Shown: piece after piece, positions 33,569 through 42,986 of the stretch | Layout of the letters: each line of letters starts with the position of its first letter | Numbering within the stretch: the first letter of the stretch is position 1 | Position numbers and translations under genes: made by a program | Virus record (IMG/VR): IMGVR_UViG_3300028275_000006 | Span: 124,001 to 188,000 of that record | Reading direction: 5' to 3' (one strand) | Length of the DNA: 64,000 nucleotides | Notes under the pieces: generated by a model | What the model was told of the DNA's origin: nothing | The model's database searches: none | Seen by the model: the letters and a program-made list of their open reading frames with translations, nothing else

Positions 33569-34671
33569 TTTTGTATCAAGGTAATAATAGTATTACCTCC
33601 CTGATTTATTCTGTTCTTAAATTCTAAATTGCCCTGTGTTTGTAATATTGTTGAGTTTTGTGTGAGTGGTGTTTTAACACATTGTATGTCAGCACCGTTG
33701 TCGCGACAGAGTTCAACACTCATATCATCTTTGTAGGCTATAATGCCACTGGACTTTTTATAGTCTGGTAGCACAGGATCTACAGGATCTAAAAACTTTT
33801 GATCCAGTATGTTTCCCACAATGTCGAATAAGTTAGCAAGGAAATCATTAGACAAAAAGTTTTTGGCTAACTTATCTTCATAAATCATATTGGCCTGCAT
33901 ATCTAAATAATTCTCCAAACCTTTCTCTTTTAAAAAGTCAAAGTCTAAAGCATTAAATGTTCTCTGTTGTTCTTGTTGTGCTTGTTTGACTTCGCGCGGA
34001 GGACTGACAATTAACATATTGCCAATGGCCATTTCACTTAGATTTAATACTTTAGGCGGTGTAGGAGGTTGTGTTCTACTTTGAACTTTAGTTACTTGGA
34101 AGGGTTGATTTAGTATTACAGTACCTACATCATTGCTAACTTCAATACTGCCAGTCTTACAGTTAGTTTCAATATCTCTAACTGAGCGTGTTGGTCTATC
34201 ATTAGGACAACTAGGTAAAAGAATAATTGTACTTTCGCCTAGCTCGTCTACAGTGGCAGTAAAGTCAGTACCGCGTACAGCAACAGTAGCACTAGGAGTA
34301 GAAAGGGCCACATTCTGAGGCGAATTCTTAGCAATCTGTCCAGACGCATAACGAACTGTGCCAAGAGCAATCTTAGCACCTAGTTTACCCGCCTTACTTT
34401 TTGGATCATAAACGAAATCATCAATTACAAGTTTAGAATTTTCATTGACTTGGACTTTAGTATCGTCCTCAAATGTTATCCCCACCTTGCCCTGCTGGGT
34501 CTTGATCGCATCGTTCATTTCCACTCCAGTCCCTTTCGACGCCGTTAGTGTCGAATTCTGTCTCTGGATAGTCGGGGGTGTATTGATTTGTTCCGTTACT
34601 TTGCCTATCGCGGCGTAGGCCAACGATGTACTCAGCAACGGAACGCATAATACTACCATCCATAATTTCAT
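33565..34671 (-). CDS. FecR-domain periplasmic protein
   Basis: Signal peptide; ITFEDDT.V.V.ENS, TPSATVAVRGTDF. Confidence 0.85.
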   Translation of the reverse strand: MKLWMVVLCVPLLSTSLAYAAIGKVTEQINTPPTIQRQNSTLTASKGTGVEMNDAIKTQQGKVGITFEDDTKVQVNENSKLVIDDFVYDPKSKAGKLGAKIALGTVRYASGQIAKNSPQNVALSTPSATVAVRGTDFTATVDELGESTIILLPSCPNDRPTRSVRDIETNCKTGSIEVSNDVGTVILNQPFQVTKVQSRTQPPTPPKVLNLSEMAIGNMLIVSPPREVKQAQQEQQRTFNALDFDFLKEKGLENYLDMQANMIYEDKLAKNFLSNDFLANLFDIVGNILDQKFLDPVDPVLPDYKKSSGIIAYKDDMSVELCRDNGADIQCVKTPLTQNSTILQTQGNLEFKNRINQGGNTIITLIQK

Positions 34672-34680
34672 GGAACCCTC

Positions 34681-35655
34681 TTAGTTTTTCTGTAAAATAG
34701 TGTAAGTGTTGCCACTTCCTGATATAGCAAGATTAGTTAGATTGCTAACTGATCCTTGTTGTGTAATACCAATAGTATTAGTACTACCTGTTACAGATAA
34801 CGTTGTGCTGTGTCCAGTAGCAGATCCACCTGTTTGTGCAAGTGTAATGCCATTGCTACCGCCTGTTACAGTAATACTAGCATAGTGATCGTACGCACCA
34901 GTTTGTGTTACGTCTGTAGTATTACCAGAACCTGTGATGTTGATAATTGCTTGAGCACCAGTTACACCGTATGCACTCTGTGTTACAGATGTAGTGTTAG
35001 TTGCACCAACAGTTGTTAGACTAACTTGACCTTTGTTTCCGGTCATGTTAAGTGTAGTTGCGTTGCCGCCGCCACCTGTTTGACTAACAGTTGCTACAGT
35101 TTCATCAGCGTTGATTGTACCTGTAAATGTGTTGTTAGCACCACCACTAGTTCCAACAGTTAATTGGTTACTTGTACCAGTCATGTTAAGTGTTGTAGTT
35201 GCACTACCGCCACTTTGAACAAAACTAACAACGTTACCACTGGCTGTGCCTGTACCATTATTGTTAATATTAATGTAACCTGTGTTTCCACCACCACTTA
35301 CTTGGTAATTTAAATTCACACCAATATTAGCATAACCTTGTACAGTACCACCTTGTGTTGAGTTAACACCTAACGCCAATACGTTAGTTGCTCCTGTTTG
35401 CTCAATGTTGATAGTCTGTGCGGCACCAGTTAGTTTAGCAGGATCAGTTGTTCCACCTGCTGTGCCATTTAATAATATACCCTTTACTTTGTTTCCTGCT
35501 CCGTCTTGAGTCATAGTAATAGTACTATTATCGCCGGACTGATCAATGTAAATGCTATTGTCAGCCGCATAACCCAATGTTGTCATTGCAGACAACACCA
35601 GAATTGTGAGTAATTTTCTCGACAACCCACCAGCGCCTGTGATTCTCTTATGCAT
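34681..35655 (-). CDS. curlin-repeat protein (CsgA/CsgB-like)
   Basis: Signal peptide; DNSIYIDQSGDN and repeated [ST]xxQxGxxN units. Confidence 0.8.
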   Translation of the reverse strand: MHKRITGAGGLSRKLLTILVLSAMTTLGYAADNSIYIDQSGDNSTITMTQDGAGNKVKGILLNGTAGGTTDPAKLTGAAQTINIEQTGATNVLALGVNSTQGGTVQGYANIGVNLNYQVSGGGNTGYININNNGTGTASGNVVSFVQSGGSATTTLNMTGTSNQLTVGTSGGANNTFTGTINADETVATVSQTGGGGNATTLNMTGNKGQVSLTTVGATNTTSVTQSAYGVTGAQAIINITGSGNTTDVTQTGAYDHYASITVTGGSNGITLAQTGGSATGHSTTLSVTGSTNTIGITQQGSVSNLTNLAISGSGNTYTILQKN

Positions 35656-35738
35656 CGTTTTTACAGAATTAGGTTATCTTCCCTAACTCGCTCCTTGGTC
35701 TAAGACCATTAAAAAATTTAAAGTGCTACCTCTCTTTC

Positions 35739-36908
35739 TTATTTTTGTTTGTTAACTACTTCTTTTTTAACAAACCCTTTACGCTTCTCTACGTCCTGCA
35801 CTTGTACCCAATCACCTTCGCTCCCGGTTATGAATACTCGTGTATTTGGCTTAAACTGCCAAGTCCTTTGACTCTTTTCGTTTGGCTCCTTGTATATAAA
35901 CTGAGCATCCTTTAGAATTGCTTCTGTAGGTAACTTCTCTAGTTCTTTTGCGGCGGTACTGGGTACGGCCTTGGTTTCGGTTTCGGATTTGGTTTGTGAT
36001 TGAACCACGACATCTTTCTTCTCCTCTACTTTAACTTCTTCTTTAATCTCAGAGCTAATTACCGGCTGGGCCGCTGGTGCTGGTACAGGTGCCTTGGCCG
36101 CTGGTGCGGATTCTGGTTTAAACTCCCATACACCTTTACGTTGTCCTTCCTTAATTAACTCTACGACTGCCATTTCAATAGTTGCCTTTGTAGCGTAAGT
36201 GCCAGGTTCATTGATAGTTAAACCTGCTTCTGCTTCAAATGCCTTAGTGCCTGCGTCAAAGAATTTTAATGCAGATACGCTGTCTGCTGAACTTAAGATA
36301 GTCTTTTGTACTGTCACTGTGGCTAATACCTTACCAGTGTTTACGCTAACTGCTCGTAAACTTACTGTTACTGTATCAGTGCTCCACTGTGTATTTTTGC
36401 CTATGCCAAATATACGTTGACCTACACCACCGCTGGTAGTGCTTTGATCGTAGCCTACTATTCCGCCTTCTACAATAATTCCAGCGAATTGCATTGGTAG
36501 CAATGGTTTAGCATCTTTACCTTCATATGCTTCGCGCATTTGCCTAATAATTAAACGTTCTTTAGTTAGGTTATCAATGCCCACACGTTCTACAACGTCG
36601 AACCATTGACCGCGTCCTACATTTTGTAATGCCTGTATTAAGAATGTTTCTGCACCCTGTGTCACTGCTGTTGATAAACTGGCAATGTTTGCCTGCGGTC
36701 TACGTTGACCTGTTTTATCAGTAAAACTATAAACGGCCACGCTTAGTGGTCTTCCAGCGATTGGACTAGGTATTGTATCAAATTCTTTCTTAACATTAGT
36801 CATTTGCCCTGTAACTTCAGGACTCTTGTCTAGTACTCCAGTTGTCTGCATAACAGCACAACCTGAAAGCATAGTTAAAACTGCTAGGGATAGTATTGTC
36901 TTTTTCAT
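35739..36908 (-). CDS. csgG: curli secretion channel CsgG with C-terminal SH3-like domain
   Basis: Lipobox LSGC; AVYSFTDKTGQRRP, STAVTQGA, WFDVVER..IDNLTKER. Confidence 0.9.
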   Translation of the reverse strand: MKKTILSLAVLTMLSGCAVMQTTGVLDKSPEVTGQMTNVKKEFDTIPSPIAGRPLSVAVYSFTDKTGQRRPQANIASLSTAVTQGAETFLIQALQNVGRGQWFDVVERVGIDNLTKERLIIRQMREAYEGKDAKPLLPMQFAGIIVEGGIVGYDQSTTSGGVGQRIFGIGKNTQWSTDTVTVSLRAVSVNTGKVLATVTVQKTILSSADSVSALKFFDAGTKAFEAEAGLTINEPGTYATKATIEMAVVELIKEGQRKGVWEFKPESAPAAKAPVPAPAAQPVISSEIKEEVKVEEKKDVVVQSQTKSETETKAVPSTAAKELEKLPTEAILKDAQFIYKEPNEKSQRTWQFKPNTRVFITGSEGDWVQVQDVEKRKGFVKKEVVNKQK

Positions 36909-36911
36909 GTC

Positions 36912-37451
36912 TTAGTTCCCCGGCATTTGGAATGAACTTAATGGAACATACACACAACTCATTCCAGTGTCTGTGCATGATGCTGTACTTGGGTTAGTGG
37001 CTGTAGGATCTGCAATCTTTAACATAATGCAGTATCCGTAGGCTGTTGAACAGTTAGCATCGTTAGCACTACTAACTCTGCCCCAACTAATATAGTTGCC
37101 CTGGAAGTCAATGTTGCCAGAACAGTTTGTGTTGCTACTTGCTGTACAGTTGTTATTGGCAAACATAGCGGTTGCTACGTTCTGACTAATCTGTGCATAG
37201 ATACGTGATTCTAAGTTACTAACAAACTTAGCAAGGTTGGTGTTTTTCTTATCTGCGGCTGCTTTGTCAATTTCAGCCTGTAGTTTATCTGCACGTTCTT
37301 TCTGACGTGTGCGCTCTTGATTCTCAATGGTTAATACATGACTGCTGTAACCTACGCCGTTAAAGGCAGGACTCTTAAAGGTGTAATCACCTAAAGGTGC
37401 TGCCGATACAATCATAGGCAATAATGCTATAAGTGATAATAGTTTTTTCAT
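36912..37451 (-). CDS. csgF: curli assembly protein CsgF-like
   Basis: Signal peptide; FKSPAFNG, LAKFVSNLESRIYAQIS; next to csgG. Confidence 0.75.
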   Translation of the reverse strand: MKKLLSLIALLPMIVSAAPLGDYTFKSPAFNGVGYSSHVLTIENQERTRQKERADKLQAEIDKAAADKKNTNLAKFVSNLESRIYAQISQNVATAMFANNNCTASSNTNCSGNIDFQGNYISWGRVSSANDANCSTAYGYCIMLKIADPTATNPSTASCTDTGMSCVYVPLSSFQMPGN

Positions 37452-37520
37452 TCGGTTCGCTCCCGGCTATCTCACTATTATTTAATCTAGAGCAAGAAAG
37501 ATTCTATTACCACATAATAA

Positions 37521-37545
37521 AAAAGGGCTCCGAAGAGCCCTTTTA
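37521..37545 (-). terminator. intrinsic terminator
   Basis: AAAAGGGCTC-TTCG-GAGCCCTTTTT. Confidence 0.8.
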
Positions 37546-37565
37546 TTAATTAACATACTAGTTAA

Positions 37566-38255
37566 TTATTTTCTATCACCAAACAACTGTAGTAAATTAA
37601 TGAACAGATTAATAAAATCCATATATAGTGTTAATGCACCTGTTACTTCGGTTGCAGGATCAGAGTCGATTGAAACCATTTCTCGTATTTGCTGTGTATC
37701 GTAAGCAGTTAATCCTAGAAAGATAATAATTGCTAATGCACTGATAACCATGGCCATTACACTACTACCAATAAAGATGTTAACAATACTGGCAATAACA
37801 ATAGCAATCAATCCAATGAACATAAACTGTCCAAGACTTTCCAAACTACGTTTTGTAAAGTATCCATAGAAGCTCATTGTACCAAACAAGATCGCCGCAC
37901 CCATAAACGCACTAACAATACTGCCCATGGTAAAGATAGCAAAAATTGTAGCAAAGCTCAAACCCATTAATGCCGCAAAACCATGTAAGCATAGTTGGGC
38001 GACTTGTTTACTAGGGTTATTAGATAGTACCATGCTAACACCAAAGATAGCAACCAGTGGTGCAAAAATTACAATCCACTTCATTACACCTGTAAAGAAG
38101 AATTGTAACAATTCTGGGCTAGTACCTACAAAGTAACTAACAATCATAGACACAAGAACTGCTAGGCTCATGTGTCCATAGACACGACCCATTGCTTCAT
38201 TGATCTGTGCGGCTGAACGGTAAATTCCAGTACCTGTGTAACTTGCACCAAACAT
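37566..38255 (-). CDS. Bax inhibitor-1/YccA family membrane protein
   Basis: 7 TM; AYDTQQIR and LTLYMDFINLFINLLQLFG. Confidence 0.9.
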   Translation of the reverse strand: MFGASYTGTGIYRSAAQINEAMGRVYGHMSLAVLVSMIVSYFVGTSPELLQFFFTGVMKWIVIFAPLVAIFGVSMVLSNNPSKQVAQLCLHGFAALMGLSFATIFAIFTMGSIVSAFMGAAILFGTMSFYGYFTKRSLESLGQFMFIGLIAIVIASIVNIFIGSSVMAMVISALAIIIFLGLTAYDTQQIREMVSIDSDPATEVTGALTLYMDFINLFINLLQLFGDRK

Positions 38256-38277
38256 AAATTTCTCCTGAAGTTAAAAA

Positions 38278-38353
38278 TGGTGCCCCTTGTCCGACTCGAA
38301 CAGACCACCTACTGATTACAAATCAGTTGCTCTACCAGATGAGCTAAAGGGGC
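38278..38353 (-). tRNA. tRNA-Thr(TGT), orphan copy
   Basis: Canonical cloverleaf with CCA; own promoter near 38364-38393. Confidence 0.95.
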
Positions 38354-38403
38354 AATGTTTTTATTATATATGAACTTCGTAAGATTTGTCAACTAGATTT
38401 GGC

Positions 38404-39957
38404 TTAACGGATTGCGAAACCCATTTTACCAACTGGTCTTCTTGTAGCGTAGAAGTTACTGCTGGCATCCAATTTAATTGTGCCCGTGAATACTGGAGGA
38501 TAGATAACTTCAAAATTGGAGAAGTATGCTCCATTTGATGGTTTACCTTCAGCGTCCTTAGTAGGCTTCTGTTGTAATGAAGTTTTGACTTGTAACATAT
38601 TGGAACGTTCCAGAACTGCTTTGAAGAAAGCATCTGTCTTGTAGTCCTTGTTTACTTTATTTGCTGTGCCAGTTGCTACTGCGGCTAATAAATGCCAACC
38701 AATTCTGTAGTCTGGTCTTGTCGAATCGTCTGTGCCTTTATAAACTAACAATCCTTTTAAGTCGCCTAGTGTTTCGTCATCAACATGCGGCTGATCGCTG
38801 TCAATGATTTCCATAATTTTTTCTGCTTGTGTACCATCGATGATGCCTACTTTGACACCTAATTCTAATGCACCAGCAATAGAACCATTTCGTTTCCATT
38901 GTGCGCTTTTAGCCACATAACTCATGTCAGGGTCTTTAATAATGTTTACAATGTCTAGTAGCTCTTGGAAGCCTGGGTTGACTTTAGGATCAAACAATCC
39001 TTCATAACGTTGCGGGTATGCCGCTATATCGTCTACCACACCAGATACAGATGCCTTTGCGCCGCCTTGCTTGTCTTTGGAACTTACACGAATCTTCACA
39101 TCACCTGAAAACTTCAAATAACTATCGTATAGTTTTTCAGCAGGATCGTTTGGAAATTCTACACCAACGGCTTCTTCAAACTTCAAACCCATTCCGGCTT
39201 CGGCCTGTTGCCATGCACCACTTAAGAACTTTTTCTTAATTAATGAAATTGGTGCGGCTGTTTCACCTAAATCAATTTCGTAACTCTTAGCATAGTCGCC
39301 GGCGCCGGGGACAGGATTACTGCTACCAGAAGCAACAGCCTGCAATAGTTGTACTACCTGTTGTTTAATAGCATCTGCTAGATCATCACGCTCTTGAATA
39401 GAACCTTGCACTTGTGTAGGAATATCATCTACAGCAATGGTTGTATTAGTAGGAATAATTCCAACAGGTTTTAAATTAGTTAGAGCACGTTGTTGTACTC
39501 CAGAAATTTTATCTTCCTCTCCTGCTTTGCCGCTTAGTTGTACATAACCAGTTAGGTCTGAAAACTGTTTAGTCTGTAAGAAGATTGGATAAGCACCTGG
39601 CTTCTTAGCAGGCTTAAGAGCGATCCATGCTATGTTCTTTTTAGATTTTTCATCTTTAAAAATCATTACTAATGCGGCACCTGCTTTTTCAGGTATGCTT
39701 AGTCCGCCCACTGGCGGAAGTGTTAGTGCGTTAGATACTGCTACATTGTTAGCCTTCACATAGTCCATAATCTCTGGAACTAGTTCTTGATAATTGTCTC
39801 GCTTGTCTACGTCTTGTGGAAACACTTGAGATGCAATCATATGAATAACATTTCCATCTGCATTTTTAAATGCTACACGTTTGCCACGGCCGGCTTCTTC
39901 TGCACGGCGGGCCATGCCGCCTTCAGATTCAAATAAAATAAATTCTTTTGCTCTCAT
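38404..39957 (-). CDS. putative virion-packaged protein, possible nuclease-like fold
   Basis: Start MRAKEFILFES; LYDSY...RVSSK segment. Confidence 0.65.
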   Translation of the reverse strand: MRAKEFILFESEGGMARRAEEAGRGKRVAFKNADGNVIHMIASQVFPQDVDKRDNYQELVPEIMDYVKANNVAVSNALTLPPVGGLSIPEKAGAALVMIFKDEKSKKNIAWIALKPAKKPGAYPIFLQTKQFSDLTGYVQLSGKAGEEDKISGVQQRALTNLKPVGIIPTNTTIAVDDIPTQVQGSIQERDDLADAIKQQVVQLLQAVASGSSNPVPGAGDYAKSYEIDLGETAAPISLIKKKFLSGAWQQAEAGMGLKFEEAVGVEFPNDPAEKLYDSYLKFSGDVKIRVSSKDKQGGAKASVSGVVDDIAAYPQRYEGLFDPKVNPGFQELLDIVNIIKDPDMSYVAKSAQWKRNGSIAGALELGVKVGIIDGTQAEKIMEIIDSDQPHVDDETLGDLKGLLVYKGTDDSTRPDYRIGWHLLAAVATGTANKVNKDYKTDAFFKAVLERSNMLQVKTSLQQKPTKDAEGKPSNGAYFSNFEVIYPPVFTGTIKLDASSNFYATRRPVGKMGFAIR

Positions 39958-40862
39958 TCACAGTTCCAACGTTTACGTGCTTTGCAGATTGCCTTGTCTG
40001 GTGTCTTAGTGCAATCAATATTGTGCATTTTCTTTTGGCCATCACTTCTAGCACAAAAACTTGATCTACGCTTACTTGCCTTAGATCCTTTCTTTAATTT
40101 GCTAGGAGGTGTAGTGACTGCTGTTTTTAATTTACTACCAGGATGTTCTCTACGATATGCTTTAACGGCTTTACTGCTCATGCCATCGGTTTTGTCTTTC
40201 TTATTAACCTTCTGCCAATCTTCTGACATACCTTCTGGGCCAATTTGAACTAACCATTCTAATTCATCGTCTGCATCTCTAACACTGAAGAATTTAACAT
40301 TAGGAATCTTCTTAGCCGCAAACCATTTGTTAGCCACTTTAACCATTAGGGCACGATGTTGACGATCATTAACATCCGGTTCATATCCGCCTGTTAAGTT
40401 TGCCCACAATGCACTTGGATTGCCATGGCGATCGTAACCCAACAATTCACGCCATTGTTGTTGTAAGCGATCTGGCACATACTGATCCAATTCAGTGTCG
40501 CTCATCCACTCTCGGCCAATATCGACACCTTCCGCCATGGCGGCTTCAGTTAAGTCTTCTGGGGCAAAACCAATATAACTCTTACCATGCTCATCGCCAG
40601 ACTGCACAACAAATGCGCCGCCTTCTTCTGATTCGATTTCGCCAATTTCCCAACCCATACGATTTAATAGTTTTTCAACTTTTTGTTGTATGTCGTCATC
40701 GCCATTGTACCAAATACGAGCGTACTTGAGTAATGTTTCTTCTTCGTCGCCACTATTATCCGGCGCAAATTCTTTTACATTTTGCTTTTTCTTTTTAGCA
40801 ATAGCGATAGCGGCTTGTTGTGCGGCATTGGTTGCTTCTGTGATGAATTCTTTTGCTCTCAT
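39954..40862 (-). CDS. mosaic putative internal head protein
   Basis: Start MRAKEFITEA; basic Cys-containing C-terminal domain (SFCARS...ARKRWNC). Confidence 0.65.
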   Translation of the reverse strand: MRAKEFITEATNAAQQAAIAIAKKKKQNVKEFAPDNSGDEEETLLKYARIWYNGDDDIQQKVEKLLNRMGWEIGEIESEEGGAFVVQSGDEHGKSYIGFAPEDLTEAAMAEGVDIGREWMSDTELDQYVPDRLQQQWRELLGYDRHGNPSALWANLTGGYEPDVNDRQHRALMVKVANKWFAAKKIPNVKFFSVRDADDELEWLVQIGPEGMSEDWQKVNKKDKTDGMSSKAVKAYRREHPGSKLKTAVTTPPSKLKKGSKASKRRSSFCARSDGQKKMHNIDCTKTPDKAICKARKRWNCE

Positions 40863-40885
40863 GGTAAAATCCGTCTATTCTGTAT

Positions 40886-41566
40886 TTAGCGAATTTCTGG
40901 GAACAAACATTCCTGTATGAATACCCTAACATCCTCTTCATCTAAGCCTAAACTAGCCATTACACGTGGAGTATGTGGGTTACATTTTTGATTGATTGCG
41001 TAGTAGTTCTGCGCTTCTGTGGTATTTTCAGTAGTATTATTAGTTTCTGCTACAGTTTCTAAGTAATGTGCCAGTGTATCTTTAGCCATTTCTATAATCT
41101 GCGCTAGTTCTTCTTCGCTCTGCACATTACCTGCGGCTACCATGCTAGGGCTGAATATGTTGGTAGCCCATTCTGGTAGTTGGCGTTCTCTGCGCCATTC
41201 GAGTCGTTTAACATAATCAGCAAACCATTCCATCATAGGATGATTAGAATCTCCTGCTTTGCTGTAATCATGAAAACAGCCAGTAATCTTATTCTTGCCT
41301 GCTACAACGTCAAAGCCGTAAATTGGTGCTGGATTGTGTAAGTGTGGGAAGATGCAACAATGCATCATCCAGAGTCCTTTGGTTTCTCTAGCATCCACAA
41401 CATCAACGTGAGCACGGCGATAAGACCCACTGGTCCAAACACGATTAACCCAACCAGGCTGATTAAAGCGATCCATGCCCGGTTCAAAGATTTCTGTTCC
41501 TGTTTCATTAAAACTGCTTTCTAAAAGATGCTGAACTTCAATCAGCGTGTCCCATACTTTACTCAT
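40886..41566 (-). CDS. pcyX: ferredoxin-dependent bilin reductase, PcyX/PcyA type
   Basis: RRAHVDVV, WMMHCCIFP, YGFDVVAG, LPEWA.NIFS, QKCNPHT. Confidence 0.8.
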   Translation of the reverse strand: MSKVWDTLIEVQHLLESSFNETGTEIFEPGMDRFNQPGWVNRVWTSGSYRRAHVDVVDARETKGLWMMHCCIFPHLHNPAPIYGFDVVAGKNKITGCFHDYSKAGDSNHPMMEWFADYVKRLEWRRERQLPEWATNIFSPSMVAAGNVQSEEELAQIIEMAKDTLAHYLETVAETNNTTENTTEAQNYYAINQKCNPHTPRVMASLGLDEEDVRVFIQECLFPEIR

Positions 41567-42113
41567 AGTGTGGAACTATATCCATCATTTGATCAAAGAA
41601 TTTTGCCGCAAAATCAAAACATACTCTTGCTTCATCTGCTAGACTATCATCTAGTTTTGCACGAATTGCTTCTTTGATCTTTTCAGGTTCGTCTCCAAAC
41701 TGATAGTATTTGCCACTGCCTGGAACTCTTTTAGCAATCATTTGACCGCCTGATAAATCTCCCATGTGACGTACATAAATGTGTGCCATCAACTTTTTAG
41801 GATCATCTTTGATGCTGAGAATATATTTGATATATTCATCCACTACCGGACACATTTTTGGTTCTTCAGGATTGTCTGAGCCCCATAGTTCTATGAAGTC
41901 AGATAAAATTGCAGGTGCTCTGCGTATCTCTGGTAGACCGGAAAGTAATCCATGTGGCATAGCACAGACTTCTAAAATCTCATACATTGGATGTTGATTT
42001 TTTAGATATGTTGCGTATAGTTTAGGATTTACATTTCCTGAAAATAAGACTTTAACAAAAGGCCTTGTTTCTGCTCTGCGATGTTGCTCGTGTGTAAGTT
42101 CTTTTAGACTCAT
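41559..42113 (-). CDS. hemO: heme oxygenase
   Basis: LKELTHEQHRRAE, AHIYVRHMGDLSGGQMI. Confidence 0.92.
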   Translation of the reverse strand: MSLKELTHEQHRRAETRPFVKVLFSGNVNPKLYATYLKNQHPMYEILEVCAMPHGLLSGLPEIRRAPAILSDFIELWGSDNPEEPKMCPVVDEYIKYILSIKDDPKKLMAHIYVRHMGDLSGGQMIAKRVPGSGKYYQFGDEPEKIKEAIRAKLDDSLADEARVCFDFAAKFFDQMMDIVPHYE

Positions 42114-42418
42114 TCGGAATCCACTTTAATTTGTAATGGGAAGCCTGCTTGACGTGCAAGGTGTGTTGCCTCAACACCTTTCTGCTCGGCGATCTCGTAG
42201 GTATAAACACCTACTACTGCTGAACCTTCATTGTGTACAGTTAATGTAATCTGTTCAGCATTTTCTCTGGAGTGCTTAAACACAGTCATTAGTAATTCAA
42301 TAACAAAGTCGATTGGAGTTTTGTTATCATTTAAAAACAATACCTTGTAACGCTTAGGTTCAGTGATATCGATTTTAATCTTTTCGTCAATTTTAATTTC
42401 GGTGTCTACAGTTGGCAT
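42110..42418 (-). CDS. clpS: ClpS adaptor
   Basis: YKVLFLNDNKTPIDFV, VHNEG.AVVGVY, FPLQIKV. Confidence 0.93.
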   Translation of the reverse strand: MPTVDTEIKIDEKIKIDITEPKRYKVLFLNDNKTPIDFVIELLMTVFKHSRENAEQITLTVHNEGSAVVGVYTYEIAEQKGVEATHLARQAGFPLQIKVDSE

Positions 42419-42473
42419 ATTGGCCCTCCATTCTTAATGGTATTTATTAGTGGGGGCCGGAGCCCCCGATTTT

Positions 42474-42920
42474 TTACTTAACTTCTTTCACTTCAATCTT
42501 ACGTGGCAGAAGTGCTTCAGGAACAATGCGCTCGATTTGAATTGTAAGCACACCATCCTTAATTTCTGCTGACTTGATTTCCATGTGTTCTGCTAGAGTA
42601 AATCTACGTTCGAAATCACGGAAAGCAAGACCTCTGTGTAAGTACTCAACTTGGTATTCGCCTTCGTTAGCATTGATTGCCTTCTCGCCGCGAATAGTTA
42701 ATTGATCACCTTCCACTTCTACTGCAACTTCATCTTTACCGAATCCTGCTACAGCAACAACTATATTATACTGGTTTTCTCCAGACTTTTCAATATTATA
42801 TGGAGGATAGTTGTTCGAAATCTGATGTGCAAAGCGTGTTTCGAAAGTATCGAATAGATTGTCGAAACCGATTAATGCTCTGTTTAGAGCGGCTGTGTCA
42901 AAACGTGTTAATTGTGTCAT
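42474..42920 (-). CDS. small heat shock protein Hsp20/IbpA-like
   Basis: NYPPYNI, YLHRGLA.RDF.R.F.LAE, DGVL. Confidence 0.93.
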   Translation of the reverse strand: MTQLTRFDTAALNRALIGFDNLFDTFETRFAHQISNNYPPYNIEKSGENQYNIVVAVAGFGKDEVAVEVEGDQLTIRGEKAINANEGEYQVEYLHRGLAFRDFERRFTLAEHMEIKSAEIKDGVLTIQIERIVPEALLPRKIEVKEVK

Positions 42921-42926
42921 TTTATA

Positions 42927-42946
42927 TCTCCTTTAATTAAGCAAGA
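42927..42946 (-). promoter_or_regulatory. ROSE-like thermometer hairpin (hsp20)
   Basis: TCTTGCTT-AATT-AAAGGAGA masks SD with bulged G. Confidence 0.6.
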
Positions 42947-42986
42947 ATTTTAGTAGGGCCCCACCCGGGCACCCTACATAACGAGT

